A stretch of DNA of 60,064 bases from an uncultured Verrucomicrobiales bacterium (GTDB lineage: Bacteria; Verrucomicrobiota; Verrucomicrobiia; Verrucomicrobiales; DEV007): NCBI GenBank assembly GCA_938091905.1, contig CALKOM010000007.1:1-60064 (forward strand). Direction: 5' to 3'. Below the pieces are notes generated by a model, which saw only the letters and a list, made by a program, of their open reading frames with translations, searched no databases and had not been told where the DNA came from. Shown here one piece after another: positions 52,101-60,064 of the stretch. A program made the translations under genes and the position numbers. Position 1 is the first letter of the stretch. Each line of letters begins with the position of its first letter.

Positions 52101-52520
52101 CCGCACGGAACACCGTTTTACTCCATTCTTGTCTTTCAGGGTCACCCGTTCGCCGTCGTCGCTCAATCTTCCCTCCCATGGGCCAAATACGCGAATGGCT
52201 TCAGGGATGCCATAAGCCTCTCGAAACGCCTTGGGTTCTACATTGGTAAGCACGATCCGTTCAAAAGCCCTTAGGAAGCTATCGGTAGGCTGAGCCTCAC
52301 TAAAGTCTGGAAATCGATAGTCCACACCGCCATCCAGTTCCCATAGGGCGATGTCAAAAGGCGTTGACGTAAGGTTTTGTACCTCAACAAACTCCGGCAT
52401 TTCTCCGGGAGGATTATACATGATCTCACTAAAGACAACTTGCTCTGATCGAGCAGTCGGGATGGTCAAAAGAGCGAGGGAGAGACACAACGACACGAGA
52501 GCCGCAGAGGGAAATTTCAT
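46185..52520 (-). CDS. Giant secreted lamin-tail-domain / CotH-kinase-like protein
   Basis: Signal peptide, five (V/I).(S/N/T)E(I/L/V) LTD starts, GDEIAGDGIYTA, a CotH-like W.LI.WD.DLTFG motif, a PKD-like SYDPEG..LTY.W motif, DTDGDG Ca-binding repeats and a C-terminal W.S.PG..Y..Q....L...W...FYRV. Confidence 0.85.
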   Translation of the reverse strand: MKFPSAALVSLCLSLALLTIPTARSEQVVFSEIMYNPPGEMPEFVEVQNLTSTPFDIALWELDGGVDYRFPDFSEAQPTDSFLRAFERIVLTNVEPKAFREAYGIPEAIRVFGPWEGRLSDDGERVTLKDKNGVKRCSVRYNDRDTWPVAADGAGHTLVLTDDSLAIDDYRAWGVSPTPGGTPGNPEPAQPEEPYPNPSVDLTVGIPFIEYGDKWDFHDGDRDLGTSWRDADYIFTHPGWTRENAAGNNGGLYGFENSGVPEPGMRTGLNDVDQLTYYFRKEFEYTGDTSGASVTIDLINDDGAGFWLNGQWLGGVATTPGSGHNDTASRTVSNAGEELAVIRSNSPPLVQGKNVLAATLKQTNTTSSDAVFGARMSISTPLATSVIINEVLPAGAGEGFVEFYNPGNSDVDLSGWFLTDDPGNLTRGTIPAGVVVPAKGLVTVGFLESLLRISGNTSVFLTQSDGTTVVNAISTPMPLDGRSLGRKPEGSGSWFLFTGPTPGSGNVSSGGGGSALVINELHISDEGLIDWVEFHNSSQASASLDGLFLASARDFSDKIALGDAIVGGGFASVETSVDVGDADGNVSLFVFDESNTVIHAITVSLDSDRRHVAAFPDGSNRFFVSEVGSRNEANEPDRETDIVITELMVEPPTGHRDGEYVELYNKGIETVNLSSWKFDRGINYTFPSGTTLEAGAYLVVAANKAFTSEAHPAARVLGPYSGNFANGGERVRLVDAWGNSAEELHYHVGGDWPALAGGLGSSLELRHPEMDNTMGNAWIASDESNKSTFQPFRIEDRYLQLRRAGTPRDYEELHMHAVGDAHLAIRSMRLTSSNNNTNFLPNEGREVSTNGDAANGWLCQGTHYASKRVGNEFHLISDGHGDVKANRCEIDVVPIARNNDLSFRFQARWISGKPTLVVNTWDRSFGGVIHLPIPKNLGTPGAANSGATEIPAPTVTGLRHSPAVPTSSDAVIITARVDSAMPLTSVRVRHRLDNTAGDNAWGMTVMADGGSNGDEIAGDGIYTATLAQYQGNNSVVQFYVEATSGGGVSRQPTRAPNRPALWVVDNSSIPSDLRSQRFVISERSLNALGGAGESGTFDFAFPRLSNHYFNATFISNEQDIIYNCELRKSGSPWTRSGGSNLSRAKWKTPGDRRFRGYSKRAIDNDAGGGRAYHNRIIRYWLYLFGHPANENEFVRVIVNGGNADLREDVEPNANDFLKRNWEDGQLGELYRIDDEWWFEDDWSRDNRNADWSYKDTDEPERYHAEWIKRSRETEYDYSSFVNWVKAVGENDFTRDEIERMADIDMMAANAVVRGWCDDWDTLTRNRGKNGYFLRRQSDGRWMLIQWDSDLTFGNANAEFIGNLSGVRNFFRKPYVEQRVNYYLGQMIDKYTHNSPRLDAWFQMEEEASGSYSSNQGTYTSWNSQRLSKARSTIGNSALNEDFNVTSGNGSSATTSNDTFELRGTSPYNAFSVRVAEHPEAEWEFTAESAWNLTGIELAEGVNNLRVEAVDADGNVVGKETFRVTKTGNAAPVIDINPRPNSYHVALHDSIEMDLRDSYDPEGSTLTYGWAVIPESNVELTLAENDAVASATFARPGLYEFTVTASDDSAGADSEIREAAVYALNGWSPFKEPLLEGHWALQNVFVRDGSGADTWYSLEDRPGKLTMMVQDALKSFSPNTRAYPAILRPLPKSTDWALETDVNLVSVQTGDFMAGVTVEMVENGSLVRYAMVMEDGKRLAARRNNASLQSLSWGGGSAAVRIRRAGDELRFDYQEGAGQWSLLHSRPVANEVSANQGGLFVSTDKVESVRVEFDYALLVDPLATSPALTDLRISEIMYHPADRVGSEYIELHNRGPAVISLAGVTFEATRPFETMVLGEEELAPGEYAVVVADIAAFQATYGSEIRILGQWTGGAISNGGERIVLRDRLGNIIHDFTFSDNEPWPTAADGEGPSLEIIDVGGDYEDAANWFVRMGAIGTPGAAPNSDLIPDIDTDGDGLTDVEEAVLGTSPTLADTDGDGMSDGTEVAAGTDPTDRTSVLKILGIIRSQDGGLITTSWSSVPGKRYTLQGNTSLEEGSWIDVITITASGMTTERTETESSNRHFYRVRVLAD

Positions 52521-52639
52521 GAGGAATCTGATGGGGGTGGGGCTGTTCTGCCGACTAGACTAAATGTGACAAAGATATAACATCGGGTAGCTACTCCTCT
52601 TTGTAAAGCGGGGCAGAGTCTTCATATCCGCACGATTGG

Positions 52640-53137
52640 TCAAACTCTTCGGTCGACGTTTGCCTGCGCACACTCCAAGACCTTATCCCAATCCCCTCCC
52701 TCTACCTCAGCATGTGCAGGGATCCAGTAGAAGATGCCCTCTTGAGGATAGAACAGGATTCCAAACTCATTCGCTCGATAATCGACCAACCCTGCCCAGT
52801 CGGTTCGCCCATTTGATTGTTTGCTCTGAATGTCGATGCCCGCTTTGTCCATGGTTACCGAAATCTCGGGCGGCTCATCAAGAGTCTTGTAGAAGCTACG
52901 TACGACTCTTCGGCAGAAGATCAGTTTTCTGAGACAAGTCATGAGTCCAAACACTATCATTGCTGCTCCCAAAAAGGGATAGCGTGAAAACTCGGCTGTG
53001 AGCACATAGCCACCCGCCACTAGCATCATAATGCTGAGAGCAAGGCGCACATAATGCCACTTCCCCAACCGATGTTTATAGTGCAAGGCAGCTCCCCGCC
53101 GAAGGGCCTCGGGAGTGAGCGTGTAGTTCAATGTCAT
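52640..53137 (-). CDS. YcxB-like membrane protein
   Basis: Two TM helices followed by GI.I........W.........LFY.......IP. Confidence 0.75.
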   Translation of the reverse strand: MTLNYTLTPEALRRGAALHYKHRLGKWHYVRLALSIMMLVAGGYVLTAEFSRYPFLGAAMIVFGLMTCLRKLIFCRRVVRSFYKTLDEPPEISVTMDKAGIDIQSKQSNGRTDWAGLVDYRANEFGILFYPQEGIFYWIPAHAEVEGGDWDKVLECAQANVDRRV

Positions 53138-53140
53138 ATC

Positions 53141-54970
53141 CTATTTCCCCCACCATTCTGCATAGCTCAGCCCAGCATCCCAAAGCAGCGGGATAAACAA
53201 CGTGGCCGCAATCCACAGGATAAGGTTCAGCGGTACACCTATCTTAGGGAAATCCGAAAAGCGGTAGCCGCCTGCACCATAAACATAGGTGTTTGTCTGA
53301 TACCCAATCGGTGTCGCAAAACTCGCACTACAACCAAACATGACAGCGACGATAAACGGCCGGGCATCCATTCCTAAATTTGCGGCGATACCGATGACAA
53401 TGGGCGTGATCAGCGCAGCCACCGCGTTGTTACTGATCAGCTCAGTCATGGTCGAACTGAGTAGATATACCACGGCCAAGATGATGATAGGACTTGCATT
53501 CCCAAATCCACTCTCGACTAAATCCGCTATCTGTTTCGCGCCTCCGGATGTTTCCATGGCTTTGCCCAGGGCAAGCATGCCAAAGATCATGAAGATGATC
53601 GTCCATTGGACTGAACCATAAGCTTCCTTTGGCTCGAGACACCTCGTTGCTAACATGGCCACGGCCGCCAACAACGCAAGACCTGATATAGGTACGCCGC
53701 CAATCGAAGCACCAATGATAAACGCAAGGACAATACCAGTCGCAATCCAGCGTTTGGAGATGGGCTTCACGTCACGCCGAGGTGGGCGGTCCATGATCAG
53801 AAAGTCGTGCGCCTCGTTAAGTTGGTTCATCCCATCAACAGTGCCCTCCAGGAGAAGAGTGTCCCCTACTCTCAATCTCACGCTTTCTAAGCCTTTCCTT
53901 AAATCGACCCCCTTACGGTGTACTGCTAGGATAAGCACGCCATATCGCTGCCTGAACCTCAATTCACGCAAGGTCTTCCCAACAAGCGAGGACTGTGGAC
54001 CGATGACACCCTCCATCAGGCTGAGCTGTTGAGTATCCAGGGTGGACACTTTCAAATGACGTTGCGCTGGAAACTGCAGGCCGCCCGTCTTCTTGAAATC
54101 TTCAAAGCTTGCTCCGTGCACCGTCAACCGAATGCGGTCACGTGATTCTACCACAAGCTCGTCCAGAGGCGTTGTCATCACCGTACCTCGTCGCCGAACC
54201 TCAAGTATCCGGGCCTCAGGAAACTCCTTCATCAAGGTTTGAACCAGTGTTTTGCCCACAAGAGGAGACTCCTCCTCGACCATGACTTGCGTCAGGAAAT
54301 GTCGCTTCTTCTGTTGAGAAACCTCTCCTTGCAGCGATTCCCGTGTGGGCAAAAGTTTCCGCCCGATCGTGAGCATGTAGACGAAGCCGATCACGGCGTA
54401 GATCAGGCCAAGCTTGGACACCTCGAACATGGTGAAAGGCTTGTAGGCGACGCCATTGGTAGCGAAGACGTCCTGGGCTGCACCATCGATGATTAGGTTG
54501 GTCGACGTTCCGGTGAGAGTACACGTTCCACCAAGAATTGAGGCAAATGACAGAGGGATAAGTAAACGCGATGCCTTCAAATCACTCTGACGCGAGAGGG
54601 ACACGACGATGGGAAGGAAGACGACGACAATCGGCGTGTTGTTGACAAAGGCCGATAGCACTGCCGCCAGGATCATCATCACGATCAATACCCGTACTTC
54701 TGTATTGCCTGCGACTTTTGAGAACATGTCTCCCATCACATCGATACAGCCCGTGCGTTCCAGCCCCGCGCTCAGAATAAACATCGCAGCCACCGTGATG
54801 GGCGCCGGGTTGCTAAACACAGCGAGAACATCGCTCATCGAAAGAACGCCAGTCGACCACAACACCATCATCGCACTTAAGGCAACGACATCAGGTGGCG
54901 CCCATTCTCGAAAGAATGCCAAGATGACCACGCAAAGCAGGGCGTATACGATGAGGGTCTGATCAATCAT
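53141..54970 (-). CDS. SLC13/CitMHS-family permease with TrkA-C domains
   Basis: FSNPAPIT.AAMF.LS, SAFVNNTP.V, LGGTCTL.GTSTNL, two TrkA-C repeats (SPLVGKTL, SSLVGKTL) and FATPIGYQTN. Confidence 0.92.
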   Translation of the reverse strand: MIDQTLIVYALLCVVILAFFREWAPPDVVALSAMMVLWSTGVLSMSDVLAVFSNPAPITVAAMFILSAGLERTGCIDVMGDMFSKVAGNTEVRVLIVMMILAAVLSAFVNNTPIVVVFLPIVVSLSRQSDLKASRLLIPLSFASILGGTCTLTGTSTNLIIDGAAQDVFATNGVAYKPFTMFEVSKLGLIYAVIGFVYMLTIGRKLLPTRESLQGEVSQQKKRHFLTQVMVEEESPLVGKTLVQTLMKEFPEARILEVRRRGTVMTTPLDELVVESRDRIRLTVHGASFEDFKKTGGLQFPAQRHLKVSTLDTQQLSLMEGVIGPQSSLVGKTLRELRFRQRYGVLILAVHRKGVDLRKGLESVRLRVGDTLLLEGTVDGMNQLNEAHDFLIMDRPPRRDVKPISKRWIATGIVLAFIIGASIGGVPISGLALLAAVAMLATRCLEPKEAYGSVQWTIIFMIFGMLALGKAMETSGGAKQIADLVESGFGNASPIIILAVVYLLSSTMTELISNNAVAALITPIVIGIAANLGMDARPFIVAVMFGCSASFATPIGYQTNTYVYGAGGYRFSDFPKIGVPLNLILWIAATLFIPLLWDAGLSYAEWWGK

Positions 54971-54980
54971 TTCTATGCGC

Positions 54981-56840
54981 CTACCCCTTCTCGTCGAATC
55001 CAGCAACGGCTTGTTTCCCGAAATACCTCTCCACGATTGCTCTCTCTGGTGCTCTCGTCAGCAAGGTCACTGTTATGAGCGCCAAGATCGATCCTAACTG
55101 ATCCCAAACAAACGGGTTGAGACCAAGAGGCTTAAGGCTCAATGCATGAAGGACCAGATGGGTAATCGTCCCCCCCAGCATTCCGGCGATGATGCCAGCG
55201 CCATTGGCACGCTTCCAGAAAAGCGCCAGGGACATGGGTACCAAGAATGCCGCACCCACGCCGCCACTGGCGAAGACGATGACATCCTGCAGGGTGTCCG
55301 GTGGCCGCATAGAGGCGAGAAAGGCAGCCACACCAATCAACGCAGTGGCCATGTAGCTTAGGCGTTTCAATCGCAACTCTGAGGCGTCAGGCCGAACAAA
55401 CCGCTGGTAAATATCTCGCACAAGCGATGAAGATGCTACTAGCAGAAAGCTATCAACACTCGACATCACTGCGGCAAACGGTGCGGCCAGGAGTAGTCCG
55501 GCAAGCCACGGCATGCCGGCACCCGAAGTCAGCACGGTGGCAAGCTCAGGCATGGTGCGATCCAAATCGACCTCCATCCCTGAGAGCAAGGTGCGCCCAC
55601 AACAGAAGATCACCACGAGCGTAAAGTAGATGAAGGAAAAATAGAGCGATACCGTGATGATGGCTGCGCGTAGCGTCTTGGTTTCGCGAAAAGCCATGAG
55701 ACGCACCATGTTGCCCGGCTGACCGGCCGTGCCAAAGGCCCAGAAGACAAAAAAGCTAAAAGCTAACGTTAGCGTAAGATACCCGAGATCAGATTCATCA
55801 TCGGGTCCAGGTGCCGTAAGGTAAACTCCAGCCTGATTCGCTCCATGGGCGTAAGGTCGCACGTCAGTCAGAGTCGCCATGTAACCAGAAATCGTTCGCA
55901 CGCGCTCGCGTTCGACCTCCCACGGAGTGGTGATTTCTAAAATGCCCACGGGCTGACTTGCAGAGGTATCAGCATCAAACAGGCAGGGCTCGGCCAATCG
56001 AATAAGGCCCCCCGTATCCGTTGAAACCCAAGTCCCTTTCGGTAAAGACATGGAATCACCACCGTCTCGTTCTAGAACAGCTGTCCCATGATTCGGCGGC
56101 GTCATCGTAGCAAGCCGCTCATTCGCCTTTGTCAGTCCTCCCGTTTGCTGCAACACGAGGATGAGCATGATTGCCACGCCTAACACCATGATTATACCCT
56201 GCATGACGTCTGTCCAGACCACAGCACGAAAGCCGCCGTAGACGACATAGGCAATAACCACCACGGCGAAGAGCGTAAGGCACAACAAGTAGTCCGCTTC
56301 AGCTCCAGCTACCCAGGGAATCGGTGCCTTCATCGCATGCACCCAGCTCACCGCACTTTGAAAGGCTGGCACATCCCAGAGCAACGTAGAGAGAATTTTA
56401 CTACCGGCCTTGAATTGCGCGATAAGATAACAGAACATGAAGAAGACGATGAGTGACGTGGCCACACCGCCGGCAGCAGGGCTATTCAACCGTTTCGTAA
56501 AGACCTCTGGCAACGTCAAGGCTCGTGAGATCTGGGAGACCTGATTGAGCCTTTTACCGAGCAACCCCATGCCAACGATGGGCACCAACATATAGGCTGA
56601 AATCCACAGAGCGAGGACCCATCCATGAGAGTAGACCAAGGCAGGAAAGCCTACAAAGGTTCCCCCTGAAGCGGCGGTCGCGGCAAATGTCAAAGCAAGG
56701 GCCCACACCCCGAGCGAGCGATTTCCAAGGAAGTATTCACTAACAAATCCCTCTGTGCGGCGTTGTCGGCCAGAAGCCCACGCGAGAAAGGCCACGACAA
56801 CAAGGTAGACGACAAACGTCGCTAGCGGACCGAAATTCAT
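54981..56840 (-). CDS. Sodium:solute symporter (PanF/PutP-like)
   Basis: EYFLGNRSLG, SGGTFVGFP, YGGFRAVVWTD..QG and AAVMSSVDS.LL..SS...RD.Y. ATGA overlap with the upstream gene. Confidence 0.92.
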   Translation of the reverse strand: MNFGPLATFVVYLVVVAFLAWASGRQRRTEGFVSEYFLGNRSLGVWALALTFAATAASGGTFVGFPALVYSHGWVLALWISAYMLVPIVGMGLLGKRLNQVSQISRALTLPEVFTKRLNSPAAGGVATSLIVFFMFCYLIAQFKAGSKILSTLLWDVPAFQSAVSWVHAMKAPIPWVAGAEADYLLCLTLFAVVVIAYVVYGGFRAVVWTDVMQGIIMVLGVAIMLILVLQQTGGLTKANERLATMTPPNHGTAVLERDGGDSMSLPKGTWVSTDTGGLIRLAEPCLFDADTSASQPVGILEITTPWEVERERVRTISGYMATLTDVRPYAHGANQAGVYLTAPGPDDESDLGYLTLTLAFSFFVFWAFGTAGQPGNMVRLMAFRETKTLRAAIITVSLYFSFIYFTLVVIFCCGRTLLSGMEVDLDRTMPELATVLTSGAGMPWLAGLLLAAPFAAVMSSVDSFLLVASSSLVRDIYQRFVRPDASELRLKRLSYMATALIGVAAFLASMRPPDTLQDVIVFASGGVGAAFLVPMSLALFWKRANGAGIIAGMLGGTITHLVLHALSLKPLGLNPFVWDQLGSILALITVTLLTRAPERAIVERYFGKQAVAGFDEKG

Positions 56841-59800
56841 CTCGAGATACCAACCAGGGAAAGAGTGTAGATCGCAAACGTTGCCAACCAATGATCGCCC
56901 TCATAGTGCCCACTGAAGACATACCCGAGGCCCGCTTGAGTATGATCTACGGCGGCTTCTCTAATCTCTCGCTGCCTAGGATCAGACGCGTTGAGTGCAG
57001 AAGCAATGCCATTCAACGTCCAACCGCGTGAGAGATTCAGACCAGCAAGATGGACAAGCTTTCCGTCGGTGACATCGGTCACCTCAACAGGCTCAAAAAG
57101 ATTTCCAAACTCCGGCAGAAATCTATCTAACCAAGCGACATACTCTTCTTGTGGGAGTACGCGGCGCATGAGATCGGCTTCATTAAGTCCTGCGGAGAAG
57201 AAATCCTCTCCCGACGGTTCATAAGCTGCGGGGTAACGCTCATCGCTTGCGTAGAAGGACTTTGAACGATCCAGAATCAGTCGCTCTAACGCATTATTCT
57301 CTACTGCACGCGCATAATCGAGGCTCTGCCCTAATGCAAAGGCCGTATCCGGATGCACGCCGGTTCGAATCGGCCAACCAAGTCGCGGGAGATAAGCTTT
57401 CATCAGTGCCACGATCTTATCCTCGAGGGGACGATAGGCCTCAGCCCACCGCTTGGCACGTGGGTCATCCCACGTCCGCAGCTCCGTCGCCAAACGCAAC
57501 GCCCATGCCCAGCCATACATGCGCTCAAAGGAGGCGTTCCCCTTCTCCTCAAAGTAGGCCGTTTCCTTCAGCAACGGTTCTCTCAGCAACTGCTTCTCAA
57601 GCGCGCTTTCGATCTCGCTCGCGACCGAGGCGCCTGGATAGTTCCTCAATAGGTGCACCAACATCCAGTGCCCATGGACCGAGGAGTGCCAGTCAAAGCA
57701 ACCATAGAACACAGGATGCATTTCACGCGGACTACGTACGCCATCGGGATCGCGAATCACATTCGAAGGCTTGTTAGGGTATTCCTTGAAGATGCCTTTC
57801 AGAGCCAATCCAGCAAACTGAGCGACGTGAGCATCACTTAGCCTTTGCCCGATCTTCGGCGAAGAATCTATTGTCGGAGGTGTCGTCACGCGGTGCGCAG
57901 TCTGAACCCAAGCAAGCAGATCCGCAGCATCTTTCGGAGAGAGTAGATTTTGATAGTTCGGAGGCATCAACGATCGCGTGAGATGACGAGTATTCTCAAC
58001 GCGTTGACGCAGCACGACCTGTTCGACGCCCCCTGGAAGGATTAGCGTTAGGCTAGTCGCCCCATCTTCCTTGAGAATGCCCGCCATCTCTCCGGCATCC
58101 TCATTGAGTGTAACCACCGTTGTTTCATAGCCTGGACGAATCCGTTCCTCAGGCACCAGGATTTGTCGTAGCAGAGCTTCCTCTCCAACGCCAATTTCAC
58201 CAAGAATATCCGGCCCGACATTCACACCGATGCCACCTATTTGGTGGCAAATTGCACAATGCTGCTGAAAGACCTCAGCGCCATGGGCAGGGTCACGTGG
58301 CTGCTCCAAGCCCTTCACAAACTCCCCAAACGTAGCATCATCCAAAGGTTGTGACGCCGTCTCGACGATGGTTTTGGCTCCAGATACGGCCAGTTTCTCC
58401 CCACTCTGTTCAATTGCCCCTAGCAAGTCTGCTCCCTTTCCCACGTCCTCTTTCAAGCCATCCATGACAATCTGCTCTCGCAAATAGAGCGACGAGTGTA
58501 TGGCGGTAGTCATCCATCGGATGTCTCCGTGTTTTCTCGCTAAAGAAAGAAGGCTTTGAACAGCCCGATGACTTTTGGATTCACCTAGTGAAAGCGCTAG
58601 CTGAAGAAGAACCCAAGGATCTTCTTCCGTGCTGACCAACTCAACGACCTTGTCTAACAAGGCGGTATCGCCTTTCCGGAGATCCGGTTCCGCATAGCGG
58701 GCAGCATGCATTCTTGTGATAGGATCGGAATCATCGAGCATTCGAAGCACACTCGTGTTCTCTAGTGTTCCCTGTTCATGACGGAGCTCCGCCTGCAGTA
58801 AAGACGGCGCGGCATCCTTCGGCGCCAGAGACTTCGATTCGCGTAGTAAACGAAGTGCCGTTTCCCGTCTCCACGACGAGGGACTAGTAAGTTCATCGAC
58901 TAACTCTCTCGTAGATTTGCCGGTCATGTCCGGATTCGGCAATGGATTCGCATCCTCGTGCGTCAGTCGATAAATCCGACCTCGATCGTGCCCTCGATAC
59001 AACCCATACTGTTGCTGCAAATGACGAGGAATGGCCGAGTAGTCTTCGATGATCTCGCGATAGTAGTCCACAATCCACACGGCTCCGTCTGGACCATGAC
59101 TCAGCGACATCGGATGTGACCACGCGTCTGAAGAGGCGCAGAATTCCTTCGTCTGTTCATTAGTATGCCGAGCCAATTGGTAGACAATCTCCTTGGGATC
59201 GTCTGACCGATTCAGTTCACCCCGAAAGATGAAATTCTGTGCCGGATCGCAGGCAAGCAACTGGCCTTGGAGCGCAGAAATGACCGTATCTCGATAAACA
59301 AAAGGTGAACAACCCGAAGTGAACCATCCTGAAGGATCACTATCAGACGCGCCATAGCGACTGCGATAATATTCAAAGTAATCGGCATGTTCAGCACGCT
59401 TCTTCCGCCACGGATGGGCTTCTGAGCGAGGATAGGCACGGCGATCGGGTGTGATATCATGGGTCAGGCCCGAACTCGCAGCCATGGGATTTCGTATAAG
59501 ATAGCGATAGTCGATCGGTGCTACTTGGATGGCGGGCGCCGTAGTGCTAACCACAAAGCGATGCCCTGCCGAAGAGTATGTAAAGCCGAAAGTATGCGTT
59601 CCACCAGTAATTGGCTCAATCGCGCTGCCGTCCGCACGAATACGGAAATCTGTGCGCGGTAGATCTACATCTTTAACCAGATAGGGACCGGAAATGCGCC
59701 CACCATCAGCTCCTCGACCGAAGGCGATCCAGCCATCTCTTGTCCATTGGGGCGCATTGATCCCTCGCTCTAATGGTCCCAACCCGAAACCGGTGAAGAG

Positions 59801-60064
59801 CACTTCTCGGTGCTCAGCCTTTCCATCCTCATCACGATCTGCTAGGAAGACAATGTCAGGTGCACAGGCTACGATGATGCCACCACGTGCGGCGACCATT
59901 CCATAAGCAGGTGGCAAACCAGACGCAAAGACCGTTGCCCGATCCATTCGACCATCGCCATCAAGATCATCCAATCGTTTGATGACACCATAGGTACCAG
60001 ACAAGGCGGCTTTCTTGAACTTGTCTTCGGCCTGCACTCGCCGAACTTCGACATCCAGCTTGCC
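56837..60064 (-). CDS. PVC-type heme-binding membrane dehydrogenase (beta-propeller, HEAT, cytochrome c) fused to DUF2891; 5' end outside window
   Basis: DLDGDGRMD...FA, GPDGA..IVDYYR.IIE, GRIYR, HEAT-like helices, CAICH..GP...I..P...I.PGY and SLMP. These are followed by EYPNK, HPVFYGCFDWHSSVHGHW, FERMYGWAW, EPSGEDF, HL.GLNLSR and YEGDHWLATFA. The frame is open to the window edge. Confidence 0.9.
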   Translation of the reverse strand, partial: GKLDVEVRRVQAEDKFKKAALSGTYGVIKRLDDLDGDGRMDRATVFASGLPPAYGMVAARGGIIVACAPDIVFLADRDEDGKAEHREVLFTGFGLGPLERGINAPQWTRDGWIAFGRGADGGRISGPYLVKDVDLPRTDFRIRADGSAIEPITGGTHTFGFTYSSAGHRFVVSTTAPAIQVAPIDYRYLIRNPMAASSGLTHDITPDRRAYPRSEAHPWRKKRAEHADYFEYYRSRYGASDSDPSGWFTSGCSPFVYRDTVISALQGQLLACDPAQNFIFRGELNRSDDPKEIVYQLARHTNEQTKEFCASSDAWSHPMSLSHGPDGAVWIVDYYREIIEDYSAIPRHLQQQYGLYRGHDRGRIYRLTHEDANPLPNPDMTGKSTRELVDELTSPSSWRRETALRLLRESKSLAPKDAAPSLLQAELRHEQGTLENTSVLRMLDDSDPITRMHAARYAEPDLRKGDTALLDKVVELVSTEEDPWVLLQLALSLGESKSHRAVQSLLSLARKHGDIRWMTTAIHSSLYLREQIVMDGLKEDVGKGADLLGAIEQSGEKLAVSGAKTIVETASQPLDDATFGEFVKGLEQPRDPAHGAEVFQQHCAICHQIGGIGVNVGPDILGEIGVGEEALLRQILVPEERIRPGYETTVVTLNEDAGEMAGILKEDGATSLTLILPGGVEQVVLRQRVENTRHLTRSLMPPNYQNLLSPKDAADLLAWVQTAHRVTTPPTIDSSPKIGQRLSDAHVAQFAGLALKGIFKEYPNKPSNVIRDPDGVRSPREMHPVFYGCFDWHSSVHGHWMLVHLLRNYPGASVASEIESALEKQLLREPLLKETAYFEEKGNASFERMYGWAWALRLATELRTWDDPRAKRWAEAYRPLEDKIVALMKAYLPRLGWPIRTGVHPDTAFALGQSLDYARAVENNALERLILDRSKSFYASDERYPAAYEPSGEDFFSAGLNEADLMRRVLPQEEYVAWLDRFLPEFGNLFEPVEVTDVTDGKLVHLAGLNLSRGWTLNGIASALNASDPRQREIREAAVDHTQAGLGYVFSGHYEGDHWLATFAIYTLSLVGISR

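Overview
A gene-dense bacterial chromosome segment of moderate GC content, most likely from a Verrucomicrobiota (PVC superphylum) organism. This is inferred from two PSCyt/DUF1549/DUF1553 + DUF1501 pairs, a PVC-type heme-binding dehydrogenase, a lamin-tail/CotH giant protein and an ECF sigma-Ser/Thr kinase pair. Housekeeping genes include ygfA, tRNA-Val(GAC), ppnP, metG, a PpiD/SurA-like chaperone, a 2-oxoacid dehydrogenase E1 alpha/beta pair, prfA-prmC-murA, pheA, recR and a ferredoxin. I found no CRISPR array, integrase, transposase or prophage. Reading beyond the ORF track gave five main results. (1) Five disrupted genes that the track misses or splits: a twice-frameshifted second OmpA domain, an AraC-GyrI regulator with 4 stops, a VOC protein with 2 stops, a permease-prefix/Wzz-like gene with 4 stops, and a collapsed phosphodiester-glycosidase remnant. 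(2) A parS-like palindrome upstream of prfA. (3) A PVC heme-c dehydrogenase fused in frame to a complete DUF2891 domain, heading a tightly coupled run with an SSS symporter carrying a large extracytoplasmic insertion, an SLC13/TrkA-C permease and a YcxB-like protein; this is the best candidate for an undescribed system. (4) Two distant paralogs of an unnamed membrane-anchored domain. (5) A sialidase-DUF1553-DUF1501 module. All family assignments come from motif recognition by eye; no database searches were run.
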